From the NCBI GenBank assembly GCA_010093815.1, contig ML996572.1: DNA of 52,904 nucleotides. The stretch is one strand, 5' to 3'. The notes under the pieces were generated by a model that did no database searches, was not told the origin of the DNA, and saw only the letters and a list, made by a program, of their open reading frames with translations. The translations under genes and the position numbers were made by a program. Of this stretch, positions 37,401 through 50,782 are shown piece after piece (the stretch's first letter is position 1; the number at the start of each line of letters is the position of its first letter). The DNA is from Pseudovirgaria hyperparasitica. Lineage: Eukaryota.

Positions 37401-40400
37401 ATATAATATAAAAGAGAGAACTAGGCGACGCTCCTCGAAGAGACTAGTACTATAATACTTACTATCTAGGAACCCTATAAATACTACTAGATGAGTAAAC
37501 TAACCATACACCCCGGATACTATACTATATACCCTCTAGAACTAGAAAGACGAGTTCTCTTCTATATTTATAGGTTAATACTACTCTTATTATAGTTATA
37601 TACCAAGCGTAATAACCTTAGGATAATACTATACCTATAAATAGATATAGGCCCCCTATATATATATAATATATATAACTAATAATATATATTTATACTA
37701 GATAAGATACTTAAGGGTACTACGGAACTAGGGTAATACATCCTTCTAGAAGACTTTAACCTCTACTACTAATAGTAGGGAGGCCTAGCCGTAGTTAGAG
37801 AAGAACTTAGAGTAAGGGAACTACGTACCCGCTACCACGACTTTCTATATCTACTTATATCTATAGAATAAGTTATATAGAAAAAATATAAATAGAATAA
37901 AGATAGGTCTACGCTTAATCTTATCTTCGCTACGGAGTATATTAGTTACTAGATCTAATACTACTACCTAGGCTAGGTATAGACGGATTCCGACTATAAA
38001 TATATAGAAACTATAATAAATATATATACCCCGAATAAATAACGGGGATAATAGATATAGAAGAATACTAACTAGAAAAAGTATCTAAAGGACCTGGAAT
38101 CGGCGATTCTAGATCCCTCTATAGTCGATATATCTAATAATCTAGCTATAGACTAGGCCGTATAGATACTCCTATAAATATACTAGAATATAAGAAATAA
38201 ATATATACTATACTAAATATACTAGCCCCTAGAAGTAAAGAGAATTCCTTAAGTATAGGAAAGTAGATAAGACGCCTAAAGACTATATATATATATATAC
38301 TATACGAGAATACCTAAGTCGTAGAAAGAATAGAAGAAAGCGATATAATAATATAATAAAGTCCTCCGTAATAAAAGGCGTAAATAGTAGTATATAATTA
38401 CTAGTTAATAGATATGATACGTAATAGGGCTATAGTATATAGTAAAATAGGCTAAGGGCATAGATACTCCGATACCCCTACTACTTATATCTCCCCTAAT
38501 ATATTAGGGGAGAATATACTCTATAAGTCTTAAGAAAACTAAGGCCCTATAGAAGACTATATTCCCTCTCCTAGAACTAGTAGATCTATTAGATATTTAT
38601 AGCGCTAAATATCTATACGCGGTAGATATCTCTAAAGAAGTTACGGAGAAGGATATACTTAATATTATTAAGATACTTCTAAATAATAAAGTATCTAGAC
38701 TAGATGGAATTCTAAATTAATACCTAAAAAGTACTATAAAAGTAACCCTACCGCTTATTACTCGTATATTCTAAGCATGCGTTACGTAGGGATACTACCC
38801 CTAGTACTTCCGAGTTGCCTATACTATTATACTTCTAAAACTAGAAAAGAGCTCTAACTTTCTAAAGGGATAGAGACTAATTACTCTTCTCTTCTATCTA
38901 GATAAGATACTAGAGACTATAATAGCGAAGAAGATAAGTACCGTAGTATAGAAATATAATCTTCTCCCTCTAAACTAGAAGGTAAAGGTAGATAGCTCCC
39001 TAATAATAGCTATCTAATATATTATTAAAGTCGTCTAGGCCGTATAGAAATAGGGACGGGTAGTATCGCTTCTCTCCCTTAATATGGCCGGAGCGTTTAA
39101 TAAGGTAAACTATATAAGACTTATTTATAACCTCCGGATAAGACGAATACTAGAATAGATTATACGCTTTATATAGTTATTCCTTATAGAAAGAATAACT
39201 TAGGTATATATCCCTAGATACTAGAGCGAATATAAAGAGATGGTATACGGTATCCTATAAGGGAGTACTATCTCTCCAATCCTATTCCTCTTCTTTATAG
39301 TAGACCTTCTTTAAGAAATAAAGTATATAGAGATAGTTAGATACGCTAATAATATATACCTTCTAGCTATTAATAATAATACTAACTAAACGTATAGATA
39401 ACTAGAATAGAACTATAAGAGGTACCTCTAGTAGATAAAACGCCACGGAGTAAAGTTCGCCCTAGAGAAATACTAGCTTATATACTTTATTAATTATTAA
39501 GAAAAATAGATAACTAGGGAAGGCGAACGACGCCTCTAAATCGACGTATTTAATAAACTACTAGTATAAAGTATACGCGCGCTTAGAGTTATACTAGATA
39601 GTAAGCTTAAATAGGGACTATAAGTAGTATACGCTATCTCTAGGGCCCTCCGGGTAGAAGCTACTATATAATAGATTATAGTCTCTATGTAGGGAACCGC
39701 CTAGGATAAGGTACGCTAGCTATATATATCTATAGTATAACCCGCCTTTATATATAGACACGAGTACTAGTATACGGCCCTTATATAGACTAGGCGAATA
39801 AAGCTCGAATCTATATAGAACCGTATACTCCGTCTTATATTAGATATATATAAAGCTACTAATATGGTACTACTACGACGCGAGATAGATATTATAAGTA
39901 TATATAACTTCTACTAGATATAGAGGGTGGTATACTTTACTAAATAATAAGTATAGAAATATATAGGAAACGTAGAATATACTTTTACCACGCTATATAT
40001 ATGAATTAGTATATATTACCATATACTCCTATATATAGACCGGAATTAAATATAGTATAGGTACTTAATAGAAGCCGACTCTAGCTAAGTAGTATAAGAA
40101 GTCTAAGATGCCCTAGACACTCTTCTAGACTAGTAGAGCCTTTAAGAACTCGTGAAAAATATATAGTCGTAGACTTAAGATAAGTAGAAAGAGACACTCT
40201 ATATCTACTAGACCTCCTAGTAGAATAGGTACCTAGAGTAGATTCGAGGGCCATAGAAGAAACTAAGTAAATAGATATATAAAGGGCTAACGAAAGCCTA
40301 AGTATCTATACTTATCTAAGCCCGAACGGGCGCTATAGGACTTCTATACTATATCTATAAGAGAGGCGTTCCTAATACCTCCCTATAGTATAAGGCGTAT

Positions 40401-40640
40401 AGCTAGAGAGGTATAATACGCTACTATCTAGCTATATACCCTAACCTCTATATATAACGGTAATAGCTTATCCACGTTATAAAGACTTTAGATATTATAT
40501 AATAGCTTAATAAGTACCCTAAGGACGTCTCCTAATAGATACTTATATATCTACTACTTCTCTAGTACTAGTAGACCTAGAAATATATACCGGAAGAGAC
40601 CCGGTATACGCCGGTAGTAACCCGATATATACTAGAAGAA
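37400..40640 (+). pseudogene. LINE ORF2 (APE endonuclease, reverse transcriptase, C-terminal CCHC)
   Basis: GDFNLHH (~37750), DSDH (~37990), PGPDG (~38700), D.AGAFD.V (~39080), GIPQGS.ISPILF (~39250), YADD (~39345), QARTG (~40320). Confidence 0.9.
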
Positions 40641-40657
40641 CTCTAGGAGAACCCTAA

Positions 40658-40688
40658 TTATTAGTCGAGAGTAGCCCTTAACTAATAA
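40658..40688. repeat. Shared palindrome copy 6 (LINE 3' UTR)
   Basis: ttattagtcgagag-tag-cccttaactaataa; keeps a CG where other copies have TA. Confidence 0.9.
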
Positions 40689-42755
40689 CCTCCGTATCTA
40701 TACGTACTATCTAAGGGTAAAATAATAGTAATATAGACTATAGACTAATAGGCGTATTCTATAGCTATATACTTAAGATAAAATAGAGGTTTAATAAGAT
40801 ATAGTTATAGATATAAGGAAGTTTTTCCCTATAGGGTTTCTTCTTATATAGTAGCTTAGACTAGAGGAGATATAGGTCTATAGAGTACTACTCTACCTAG
40901 TTATATAATATTATTATTATTATTATTATATTAGTATAGGATTAGATACTAGCCGTATATTTCCCTACCTCTATTAAATTAATAAGTTATTACTAATAAC
41001 TATATAGACTACTCGCGTTAATATAGCCGTAATGTATATATTATACCTACGTCTATTATATAGTATATATATCTCGTCTCTCTATTACCCTAGTAATATA
41101 TACTATTCTCTATTCTATCTATCTATAGCTATATCTAGCTAGCCGCAAATAAATAGCTAAGTAGAAGCGAGTCTTAATCTACTTTATATATTTAGAGCGT
41201 CTAATAGATAGAAACTTTAGATATATATAGAAGAGTTAATTTAGGAGGAATTTACTAGTCTATTACTAAATCTACGTAGTAAGGAAGTAAAGGACTACTA
41301 TATAAAACGAGAGTATTACCTATAGATAGTCGTAGATAAATATATATTTATTAATAGTAGTTATACTATTTTATAGATAGATACTATATATTAACTTAAT
41401 ACTATATTCTTAGTATTTATACGTAACTAGCGGCGGTTAGCTAAATACTATTATATACGTTAAAACGATACCCTAGGCTAGATAAGCTATTATAATATTA
41501 TATATACCCTATGAACCCGCCTAATATATCTAGCTAACCTAGTTATTTAACTATTAGACTACTAGTATCTATATCTTCTAAGGTAGCTATACTACTATAT
41601 TATATATATATATATCTATAGTCCTTATCCGCGATTATACTCGGGTTACCCTAGTACTAATAATAGCTATATAGAATAGTATAATACCGTTAAATATTAA
41701 GGGTATAAAAATATATAATATAGTAGGTCTTAGTATAAATAAACTATTAGAATTTATTAGCTTATCTATAGATATACTAGGGGACGTAGATAGTTATAGA
41801 TATAGTTGCGTCTACCTAGAATATCTAATTCTACTAAGTAAGTTAAGTAATATAGTCCTTTATAAGGATAGTTTAGACTAGGTATTATAGTAGACTATTA
41901 AATAGATACTAGGCTTAGGACTAGATCGGGTGGTTTTCCGCGTAGGTAATATAAACGGTATATTTAGAAGTCTACTATAATATATTAACTATAATCTAAC
42001 TATATAGAAACGTCGCGCTATAAGTATAGTAGTAGAATTCCTCTATCTAGCGCGTGTAGATAAGCTTAAGATATATATATACTAATAGATATTAGTATAT
42101 ATTAATATATTACGACTACTAAGCGGCGTATACTAATATATACTAGTATATCTAGTATATACTAGTATAATACTATCGCTCTTCTATAGACCTAATACTA
42201 TTTATATATCTTAGGTTTTCGGTTATTAGTTATATATAGAGTTATATATATGGCGGATACCTTACTAGATTTAGATCTTTTATTAATAGTATATAGATAC
42301 GCCCTAGTCTACTTAATATAGACGTAGTTAATACTTTATCTACTTAAATAATAGATATTAATAACGACGCGACTAGTATATTTATCTATTATATTATTAG
42401 CTAGCTAATATTATATTAGAAGAGTTAAGCGCCGCTATTCTATATACTCTACCTATTAATATTAATATACTAGTAATTATAATCTAATTACCTTATAAAT
42501 TAATATATAATACTAGTATACTTAAGAGTTTAAGCGAACGTATAAAAGTCTAATATTATATATTATTTAGGGCTAGAGAGAAAGCGCCTACTAGCGTAGT
42601 AGTTATTAAGATAATAGTAGAAGTCTATATATAACTAGATATACTAAGTCCGTCTCCTTCTTATATAGTTCTATTACTAGATAATATTACTAGTTTTAAT
42701 ATTACGGGAGAGGAGTTTATAGATATAAATCTATAAATATTAGTATAATATCGGC

Positions 42756-42983
42756 TGTTAGGACTCAGCCTTAGGCAGGACTCGACCTGCACGTACCTTA
42801 GCTAACAGGGTTAGGAGGTGACGTGAAGGGCGGTAAACAGTCACGTGCTAGATAGATCGGCGTCCCTTTGTATATATACTCTCGGATTCCTACCGAAAGG
42901 GTTCGGTAGTAATTCGTTCTATAACAGAATACACCCTATTATTCCATCTAGCTACACTACTATCTAATAACCCTATTCTTACA
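42756..42983 (+). repeat. 5' LTR of element C
   Basis: Direct repeat of 49911-50138. Confidence 0.97.
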
Positions 42984-43017
42984 TTCGAATTACTACCTAT
43001 ATAGTACTATAGTTAAG

Positions 43018-46000
43018 ATGGTCCAACCAGAACCAAGAAGGTCGACACGATCCACTATAGGGATAAGCAATACTATATTAAACAATAGGGATCCTCTATA
43101 ATTAGCATTAAATCCGGCCGTTCTTAATAGAGAAGTAGAGATGTCCGACCGAATCACGGAACTTTCTAATAAGGAAATAGTAGATACACTAAGCGACTTC
43201 CCACGATAGGAAGCTAGATAACGAGTCGTGGTAGAGCTACACGAGGAATCGCAACTATTAATCGCTAAACTATAGGAGTATATCGCTAATCAAGCCCGAG
43301 AGATATAAATCTTTAAAGAACAGACTAAACGTGCGAAACTCCTCGCAAAACGACGAGAACTTAACGAGTCTCTTAAAAGACTACGCGGAACGATAGTAGG
43401 TGGACGACTTCCTACACCAATTCAGGCGGAATTAGTTCACCTACCATTAGAGTTGCGATAATCCACCGTACACCCGGCCGCTTCGTTGCCGATTTACCCT
43501 GCTCCTTCCTTAGGTGTGCCGAAACCTAAAGATCCGACTATATTTATAGGGAAGAACCAAAAGGAGTGGAAAGATTGGAAGAGAGACTGCGAGAAGTACT
43601 TCCTCGATAACCCTATACTCTTTTCTACCGAAGTATAACGTATTTCATTCGGAGAACGTTACTTAGATTTATAATCCCGTAATCAATAGGATAGATAGAA
43701 GGAAGTTAAGCTACTATTAGCGACAACCTGGGAACATTTAGCTATATTTATACTAAATACCCTCGGAACTAACGGAGAACGCGAAAGAAAGGCACTATCT
43801 AAGTTAAGAAGCGTGGCATAACGACCGAACTAGACACCTACTTAACTACTATAATACCTATAAAACCTCTAGGATAATATCCCTACACTATAGAAAAATA
43901 TTCGTATATTCTAGTTTCGCGAAGTACTACTCCCGTTAATCCGCGAAAGATTAGGAATAGTATTATTAAGTTTTAACTATCTACACGAATTAGAGGAGAA
44001 AGCTAACGAACACTACCGCATCCTTAAGGAACGCGGCTCTCTAGGTAAAACCGACGAACCCTATACGGGTTAGAAACGAGGTCGATCGAATACGTTCGAT
44101 TAAGAGTAACCTTACCGCGATTAACGCTAGAAGAGCGTAAATCGGGGTAGAAACGCGTCAAGAGGACACCAAAACAATCAAGACGGTGGTTCCCAACGCG
44201 GAAAAGGATAAGGCACAGGCTTAAATATAACGCCTATCGCAAAACAGTAGGATCATAGCGCACTTTATTACTATAAGTATAGAGAAAAGGGATATATTTC
44301 GCCTAACTACAAGAATCCGAAAAAAGAATAGGCTAGTACGCGAGATCTAACCGCGTTCTTAGCTAAATTATATATACTTAGAAGGAGCCATAGCGCCTTC
44401 CAGCGAGTAAAGACCTAATATTACTAAAAGTATCGTTACCTATAGTAAATGGTAATAAAACTATATAGGCCCTCGTGGACACTAGTATAGAAGATAACTA
44501 TATTTCGTCGATTCTCGCTAAGGAGTATAGATTATCGTACGATCTCGGTAAAGTTGGCCGAACCATCGTAGTTAATGGATATAAAGTTAGAACTTTAGAT
44601 AAAACTATAACGAATTACGAAGTTCATGACTTAAAGATAATAAAATAGTAGATGTCTAATGAATTCATCGTGGCTAATATTAGCCAATAGAATATGATTC
44701 TAGGGATGCCTTAGCTTAAACGCCTAAACCTAATCCTCGATTTTTAGAAGGAGATATTAACGTTCCGTTAATATCGCGGTAAATTATACTAGTAAGTCGT
44801 AACTATTAGTAAGGAGACATGGAACCTCGCCGTGCGGACCCGATCGTCGCTAGTCTACCTTATATCCCTATTAATCGTCGACGAAGACGAAGAGAATAGT
44901 AATAATCGGGGTAAAGACACGCTATCTAACGTATATTCGCAGTACACGGATGTGTTTTCGGTAGGGGACGCGTTACTTCTCCCCGACCATAGACCATATA
45001 AGCTAAAGATCGAGCTCGAAGAGGGAGTAGACGTCCCTTATAGTCTACTTTACCTACTTTTAAGACTAGAACTCGAAGTTCTTCGTAAATATATTAAAGA
45101 ATATCTCGGAAGAGGCTAGATACGTTATAGTACGTCATTAGCCGGCGTATCTATTCTCTTCGTGAAGAAGAAAGACGGAAGTTTACGTCTATGCGTCGAC
45201 TATCGAGCACTAAATGCGGTGACTAAGAAGAATCGTCACCCATTGCCGTTAGTTAGTAAATCTTTAGACTAATTAATAAAGGTAAAGTACTTTACGAAGC
45301 TAGATTTGCGAGATATATATTACCGGCTTCGAATCCGTCGCGGAGATGAGTAGAAAACCGTATTTCGGACTAGATATAGTCATTTTAAGTATACTATTAT
45401 GCCGTTTAGGCTAACAAATGCGCTAGGAGCGTTCTAAGGATACATTAATACTACACTTATAGGATTACTTAATGTGATCTGCGTAGTTTACCTTGATAAC
45501 ATACTGATTTACTTCGATAGCATGTAGGATCACGAAGAACACGTGAAATCGGTGCTAAATCGTTTAAGACAGTATAAACTCTACGTAAAGTTATCTAAAT
45601 GTAAGTTTCACTAATAAGAAGTTGGGTTTCTCGGCTTTATTATAACACACGGCGGCCTTAAAATGGAGCTAGAGCGTGTCAAGACCATTATGGAATGGCT
45701 AGAACCTACTACTATACGTTAAATCAGGACGTTTATAGGTTTCGTGAACTATTATCGTAAATTCATTATAGGTTTCTTACGAATTGCGGCGCCGCTTAAT
45801 AAACTCATAGAGAATGGCGGTAAAATCCCTATAGGTGGGCGAGCATAGCGTAAAGCTAAGTTGGTCGAGATATAGTTAACGCCGGAAGCGCGAGATGCGT
45901 TCCGATCATTAAAGAATTGCTTTATAACTACGCCGATTCTTAGGTATTTCGATCCCAAGAAGCATATTCGGGTCGAAATAGACGTATCTAGATTCGCAAT

Positions 46001-47995
46001 TGCTGGAATTATTAGTTAACCGTATAAAGATGCGAAAGATAAGGTGTAATAGCACCCGGTCGCCTTCTTTTCCCGTAAAATGGCGGATATAGAGACGCGT
46101 TATAACACGCACGACTAGGAACTACTCGTAATTATCGAGAGTTTCAAGCAATAGCGACATTATTTAGAAGGCTCCGTATATTAGATTGAATTATTATCGG
46201 ATCACGTAAATCTACGTTACTTCATGTCGACTAAGGTCCTTAATTACTAATAAGTACGTTAGGCTAAGTGGATATTAATATTTAACTTTAAAATCTTATA
46301 TAAAGCTAGAAGAGAGAATAAAGTAGATCCTCTATCACGGCGTAAAGATTACGAGAAATCGTCGTAGAATAACGTAGATAGTCGGTGTAATTTAGACTAT
46401 GCTATACTATAGATACTAAAAGACTAGTTATCTAATAGAGTGCCGGAAGCCAGGATACTTTCGGCGACTCTCCGCGGGAATTAGAGCGGGCATTAAGTAA
46501 TCTAAACTAACGTCTAAGAAACAGAGTAAATCCTCGAAGACTTAATTAAATCTACCTAGAATTCCGATGTATTAGTAAAGAAAGTCATAAGCATAAAGGG
46601 AATGGCTATAGAACCGCCGTAGTTGTTAAGGTAGGAACGACGATCGGACGCGATCTACTTCCAAGGCCGACTCTACGTGCCGGAAGGCGGCTTACGAATC
46701 GATGTTTTAAGGGAATAGCACGATTACGCGTTAGTAGGGCACTTCGGCGTTATAAGGACGGTCGATTTAATCCGAAGGACGTACGACTAGCCGGGTCTTT
46801 ATAAATATATAAAAGACTACGTAAAAACGTGTAACGTTTGCCAGCATACGAAAGTGTATAGACACTTGCCATATGGCGAATTGAGGCCATTACCTATGCT
46901 AAAGGAAGCATGGAAGGAATTGTCGATGGATTTTATTACAGATCTACCCCTAAGTAAGTGTCTTAGGCATGTTTATAATAGTTTACTCGTAGTTTTAGAT
47001 AGATTTACGAAGATATTATACTATATCCCTATAAGGAAGACGATCTAAGTACCGGATCTTATAGATATACTACTTCGTGATGTAGTTCGGCTCTATAGTA
47101 CGCCGAATAGTATAGTTTTAGATAGAGGTCCGTAGATAACGTCTAAGTTTTGGAAGGATTTCTACTATACGCTAGGAATTAAGCGGAAACTTAGTACCGC
47201 GTTCTACCTATAAATAGATAGGTAGATAGAGCGGTAGAATTAGATAGTTAAGGCGTATTTACGCGTATATTATAACTATAAGTAAGATAACTAGGTAAGG
47301 TTGGTCTGTATCGCGGAATTCGCGTATAATAATAGCCGATATGCGTTAACCTACGTAAGTCCGTTCGAAGTAAACTTCGGTCAAAACCATAAAGTGTAGT
47401 TCATAGGAACTTAGTATAAATTAGAGTAGCCTAACGTTAAGGCGACGGAGATTACGATAGAACTATTCTAAACGTAAAGAAGCGTTATAAAGTTATTATA
47501 AGATGCTATAGATTATAGTAAATCGTACTATAATAAGGGTAGAAAGCCTATGATCTTTAATGTTAGAGATAAAGTTTTACTAAATAGTAAAAATATTCGT
47601 AGTATCAGGCCAAAGAAGAAGCTTAACTACACGATGATAGGTCTATTTAAGGTTACTCGTGTAATTAATAACCAGGCGTATAAGTTAAAACTCCCTCCCA
47701 CGTTAAAGATATATAATATATTCTATATCACGCTTCTCGAGCCATTCCATGCCTTATCGTTACCGGATCGTTCCGAACAGACGTTATATAAAGTAGTTAC
47801 GTAAGGAGGTGCGGATATCTATGAAGTTAAGTAGATACTAGGCCAATAACGTGCCGAAGATGGCACGTGGCTATATAAAATTCGTTGGAAAGGGTATAAT
47901 CCTAACGAAGATACTTGGGAACCCGTAATATACATTAGTAAAGCAGCGATGTTAGCGTATAAGTAGCGATTAGCAAAGGAAGCCGCGGAATCGTA
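43018..47995 (+). pseudogene. gag-pol of element C
   Basis: ATG 43018; CCHC ~44270; protease LVDT ~44472; [13 protein letters not shown] and YLDNILIY ~45490; RNase H ~45975; integrase GHFG, LSMDFITDLP; chromodomain YKIRWKGYNPNEDTWEP ~47875. Confidence 0.95.
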
Positions 47996-48444
47996 GAGAA
48001 TTATACTAAAGTACGGCGATTTAACGTTTTTTAGTATAGTTCGGCGCTGAGGACGGCCGCCTAAAAGGAAGAAGATAAAAGAGATATAGATCTTTAAAAC
48101 ATTCTAAGGAATTAAGGAACTTCCTTAGAAAGTTCGAACTTAGAACTTTAAAAAATTAACTAAAAAAGAGACTTAGAAAAATGATTTACTAAGAGAAATG
48201 GACATCGAAAATCGGTGTCGATCGGTATAGATCGGTATAGATCACTAAAGAGATTAAAGAAGTTATTATTAAAGAAAGATAAAATTAAGGAAGCTAAAAG
48301 AAAATATAAAGATCTATATAGATCTATGTAAACTCGTACTAATCTATCTAGAAGAAGTAAGATCGCTTTAAAATTAAAACCGAAAAAACCAAAACGCCAG
48401 ATAAAAGAGACATATTAGCACCGATCGGTGTAGATCCAAACCGA

Positions 48445-49339
48445 TTAAGTCGGAGTAGGAGTAGAAGTACTAATTACCGCGATGGTTGCATCCAATTCCT
48501 TCCGCTAGTTCTTATTTAGCATAGTATAGAGCTTTATAATATAAGTCTCTAGCCTTTCGTTCCGACGCTATAAATTCTATATAGCGCGTCTTATAGCTAT
48601 GAACTCCTCTATAGAAACCTATGGAGCGGCGGAACCCGGGACGGAGAGGGACGGACCGGTGCGGGCACGCTGAGAATTACATAAATCAGCGAAAAGATTT
48701 AACGATCGGTATAGAACTATATACCGTTGGTATAGAAACTTCTAGATTAGAGCCATCTTCCCTAAATTTACGGCTCTTTAGCACGCGCGAGGAAGGAACC
48801 TTGGCCTTTTTACTAGAACCTTTTCTAGGAATTTTAATATCGCCGGTGTATAGAAAGAAGTCCGAAGTGGTAGAGATTTTAGCACTATTATAGAGATTGA
48901 TATATATTAGTAAGAATCTATAACGATTTAAGAAAAACGATATTACCTAGTAATCGCGGTAATAATAGCTATAGTAGATTCCGATAAACCCTTACGGATC
49001 TTATTAGAATCGTACTCCTAGGCGTAACCCTTACCTTAGGTATATAGCTCGTAGAAAGCCTTCTCTAAGGTGTTGCGATCGGTAGTACCACGCTCCTTAT
49101 CGGTAGGGGTTACTAGAGGCCTAGTAGTAATCTATACTAATATAAGTAAATCTACGTAAAGTTCTTCGAACTTACTTAAATACCTATAAGTAATAACGCT
49201 TCTTGGTTATGTAAGTGCCGTATATCATAGATTTAGTACTACCGTGAGTAATGTACGACGGAAAGCGATAACTATAATAATATATAGCTAGATTATTAGA
49301 GCCCGGCCTAGGTCGGGGTAGATTAATGGCTTTTGACAT
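48445..49339 (-). pseudogene. Putative antisense ORF in the 3' extension of element C
   Basis: ATG at 49339 (MSKAINLPRPRPG..); TAT/TAC codons spaced like a RIP-mutated Cys cluster. Confidence 0.4.
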
Positions 49340-49910
49340 ATTGGTAATGTATGCGAGACAGGGATTATTCGAAGGCGCCTGTTTCCGCGCTAATTACTTT
49401 AGAGCGTCGAGATTTCGGGAAACCATATTATGATTATTATTAATTTATGCGGATTATTACGAATTATGTTATTACTAGCTAAGGACGGCACGAAAATTAG
49501 TAAATTGCGTAAATCGTACTAAATAGTAGTAAATCTATATAAATCTATGTCTATAAGGATCGGGTGATATACCTAATAATCTAAAAAACTCTATAAAGAG
49601 TTAAGAAGTTTTTTAAAGAAAGGAATATTTCTAAGAAAAGATTTTAATATAGGTAGCACCCGGGCTTACCTAATCATATTACGTGATACGCTAGGCCTAA
49701 TTAGGTAATCTCACCTATGTAAGAAGTTAAGATAGATAAAATCTAGTTTATTAGGAAAACGCTTATGTAAATCTTAGATTAGTGAATATCGGTAAGTATC
49801 TAAGACGAAGCGTAGAGAACGACTAAGGTCTTACGAGACTTAGGATGGGGATATAGAGATAGATAATAATCTAGGTTGCTAAGGGTAGCTTCCTAGAGGG
49901 AAGGGATAAT

Positions 49911-50138
49911 TATTAGGACTTAGCCTTAGGTAGGACCCGACCTACATATACCTTAGCTAATAGGGTTAGGAGGTGACGTGAAGGGCGGTAAACAGTCACG
50001 TGCTAGATAGATCGGCGTCCCTTTATATATATACTCTCGGATTCCTACCGAAAGGGTTCGGTAGTAATTCGTTCTGTAATAGAATACACCCTATTGTTCT
50101 ATCTAGCTACACTACTATCTAATAACCCTATTCTTACA
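49911..50138 (+). repeat. 3' LTR of element C
   Basis: Direct repeat of 42756-42983. Confidence 0.97.
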
Positions 50139-50782
50139 TCGGCTCGATAGTACGTATTATAGTATAAGGTAAGTTATATTTAAGTAGTAGTTAGATATAT
50201 ACGCTAGTATACTAATAGATATATAGTATCTCTACTATAAATAGAATAGATAAGATATAGCTAGTAATATCTTACTATCTAGAAGAGATAGTTATTATAG
50301 AATTTAGAAGATAGACTTAGTATCTATAGCGTTAGTATATCGGACGGCTAAACTTTTATATAATACTATTTACTTATATCTATATTTATCTAAGCCCTAA
50401 TTTAATAGTCTTCTATAACGTACTATATACTTAGTTAGTAAGCTACTAGACTTATATAATAGTAGTATACTACCCTACTTTATATACTACTTAAGCTACT
50501 ATTACTTTAGTCTACGTTAATCTTAGCTTCCTTTAGTTATCTCTATATTATAAAAGAAAACTTCTATAAACCTTTCTTCTATTTATCTTAGTTTTTAAAT
50601 CTAAATCTTATCTTCTATACTTTATTCTATGTTAATTATAACTATATATAAATACTATATTAAACTTAACTCTATTAACCCTTAAGGTCTATTCTATATA
50701 ATAGTTAATAAGGTTATATTTATAGTTTATAATATAGATTAAGAACTTATTATATTTAGTAATATTTAGGACTAGTCTATAC

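Larger units (their letters stand above)
35645..40926 (+). mobile_element. Near full-length Tad1-clade LINE (5' end approximate)
   Basis: ORF1 plus ORF2, (TTA)n tail ~40909-40926, probable RIP-diverged TSD tatattagtacgg (35630) / tatattagtatag (40927). Confidence 0.9.
42756..50138 (+). mobile_element. Full-length Ty3/gypsy chromovirus C (least RIP-mutated)
   Basis: 228-bp LTRs TG..CA, TSD TCGGC (42751-42755, 50139-50143), PPT agagggaaggga. Confidence 0.97.

Noticed and set aside
30844..40926. A 10-kb DNA transposon with 760-bp terminal inverted repeats
   Set aside because: The repeats are LINE 3' ends with (TTA)n tails, and the left copy has its own 17-bp TSD
40942..42750. Functional assignment of backbone coding-like tracts
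   Set aside because: No convincing multi-motif match could be read in any frame
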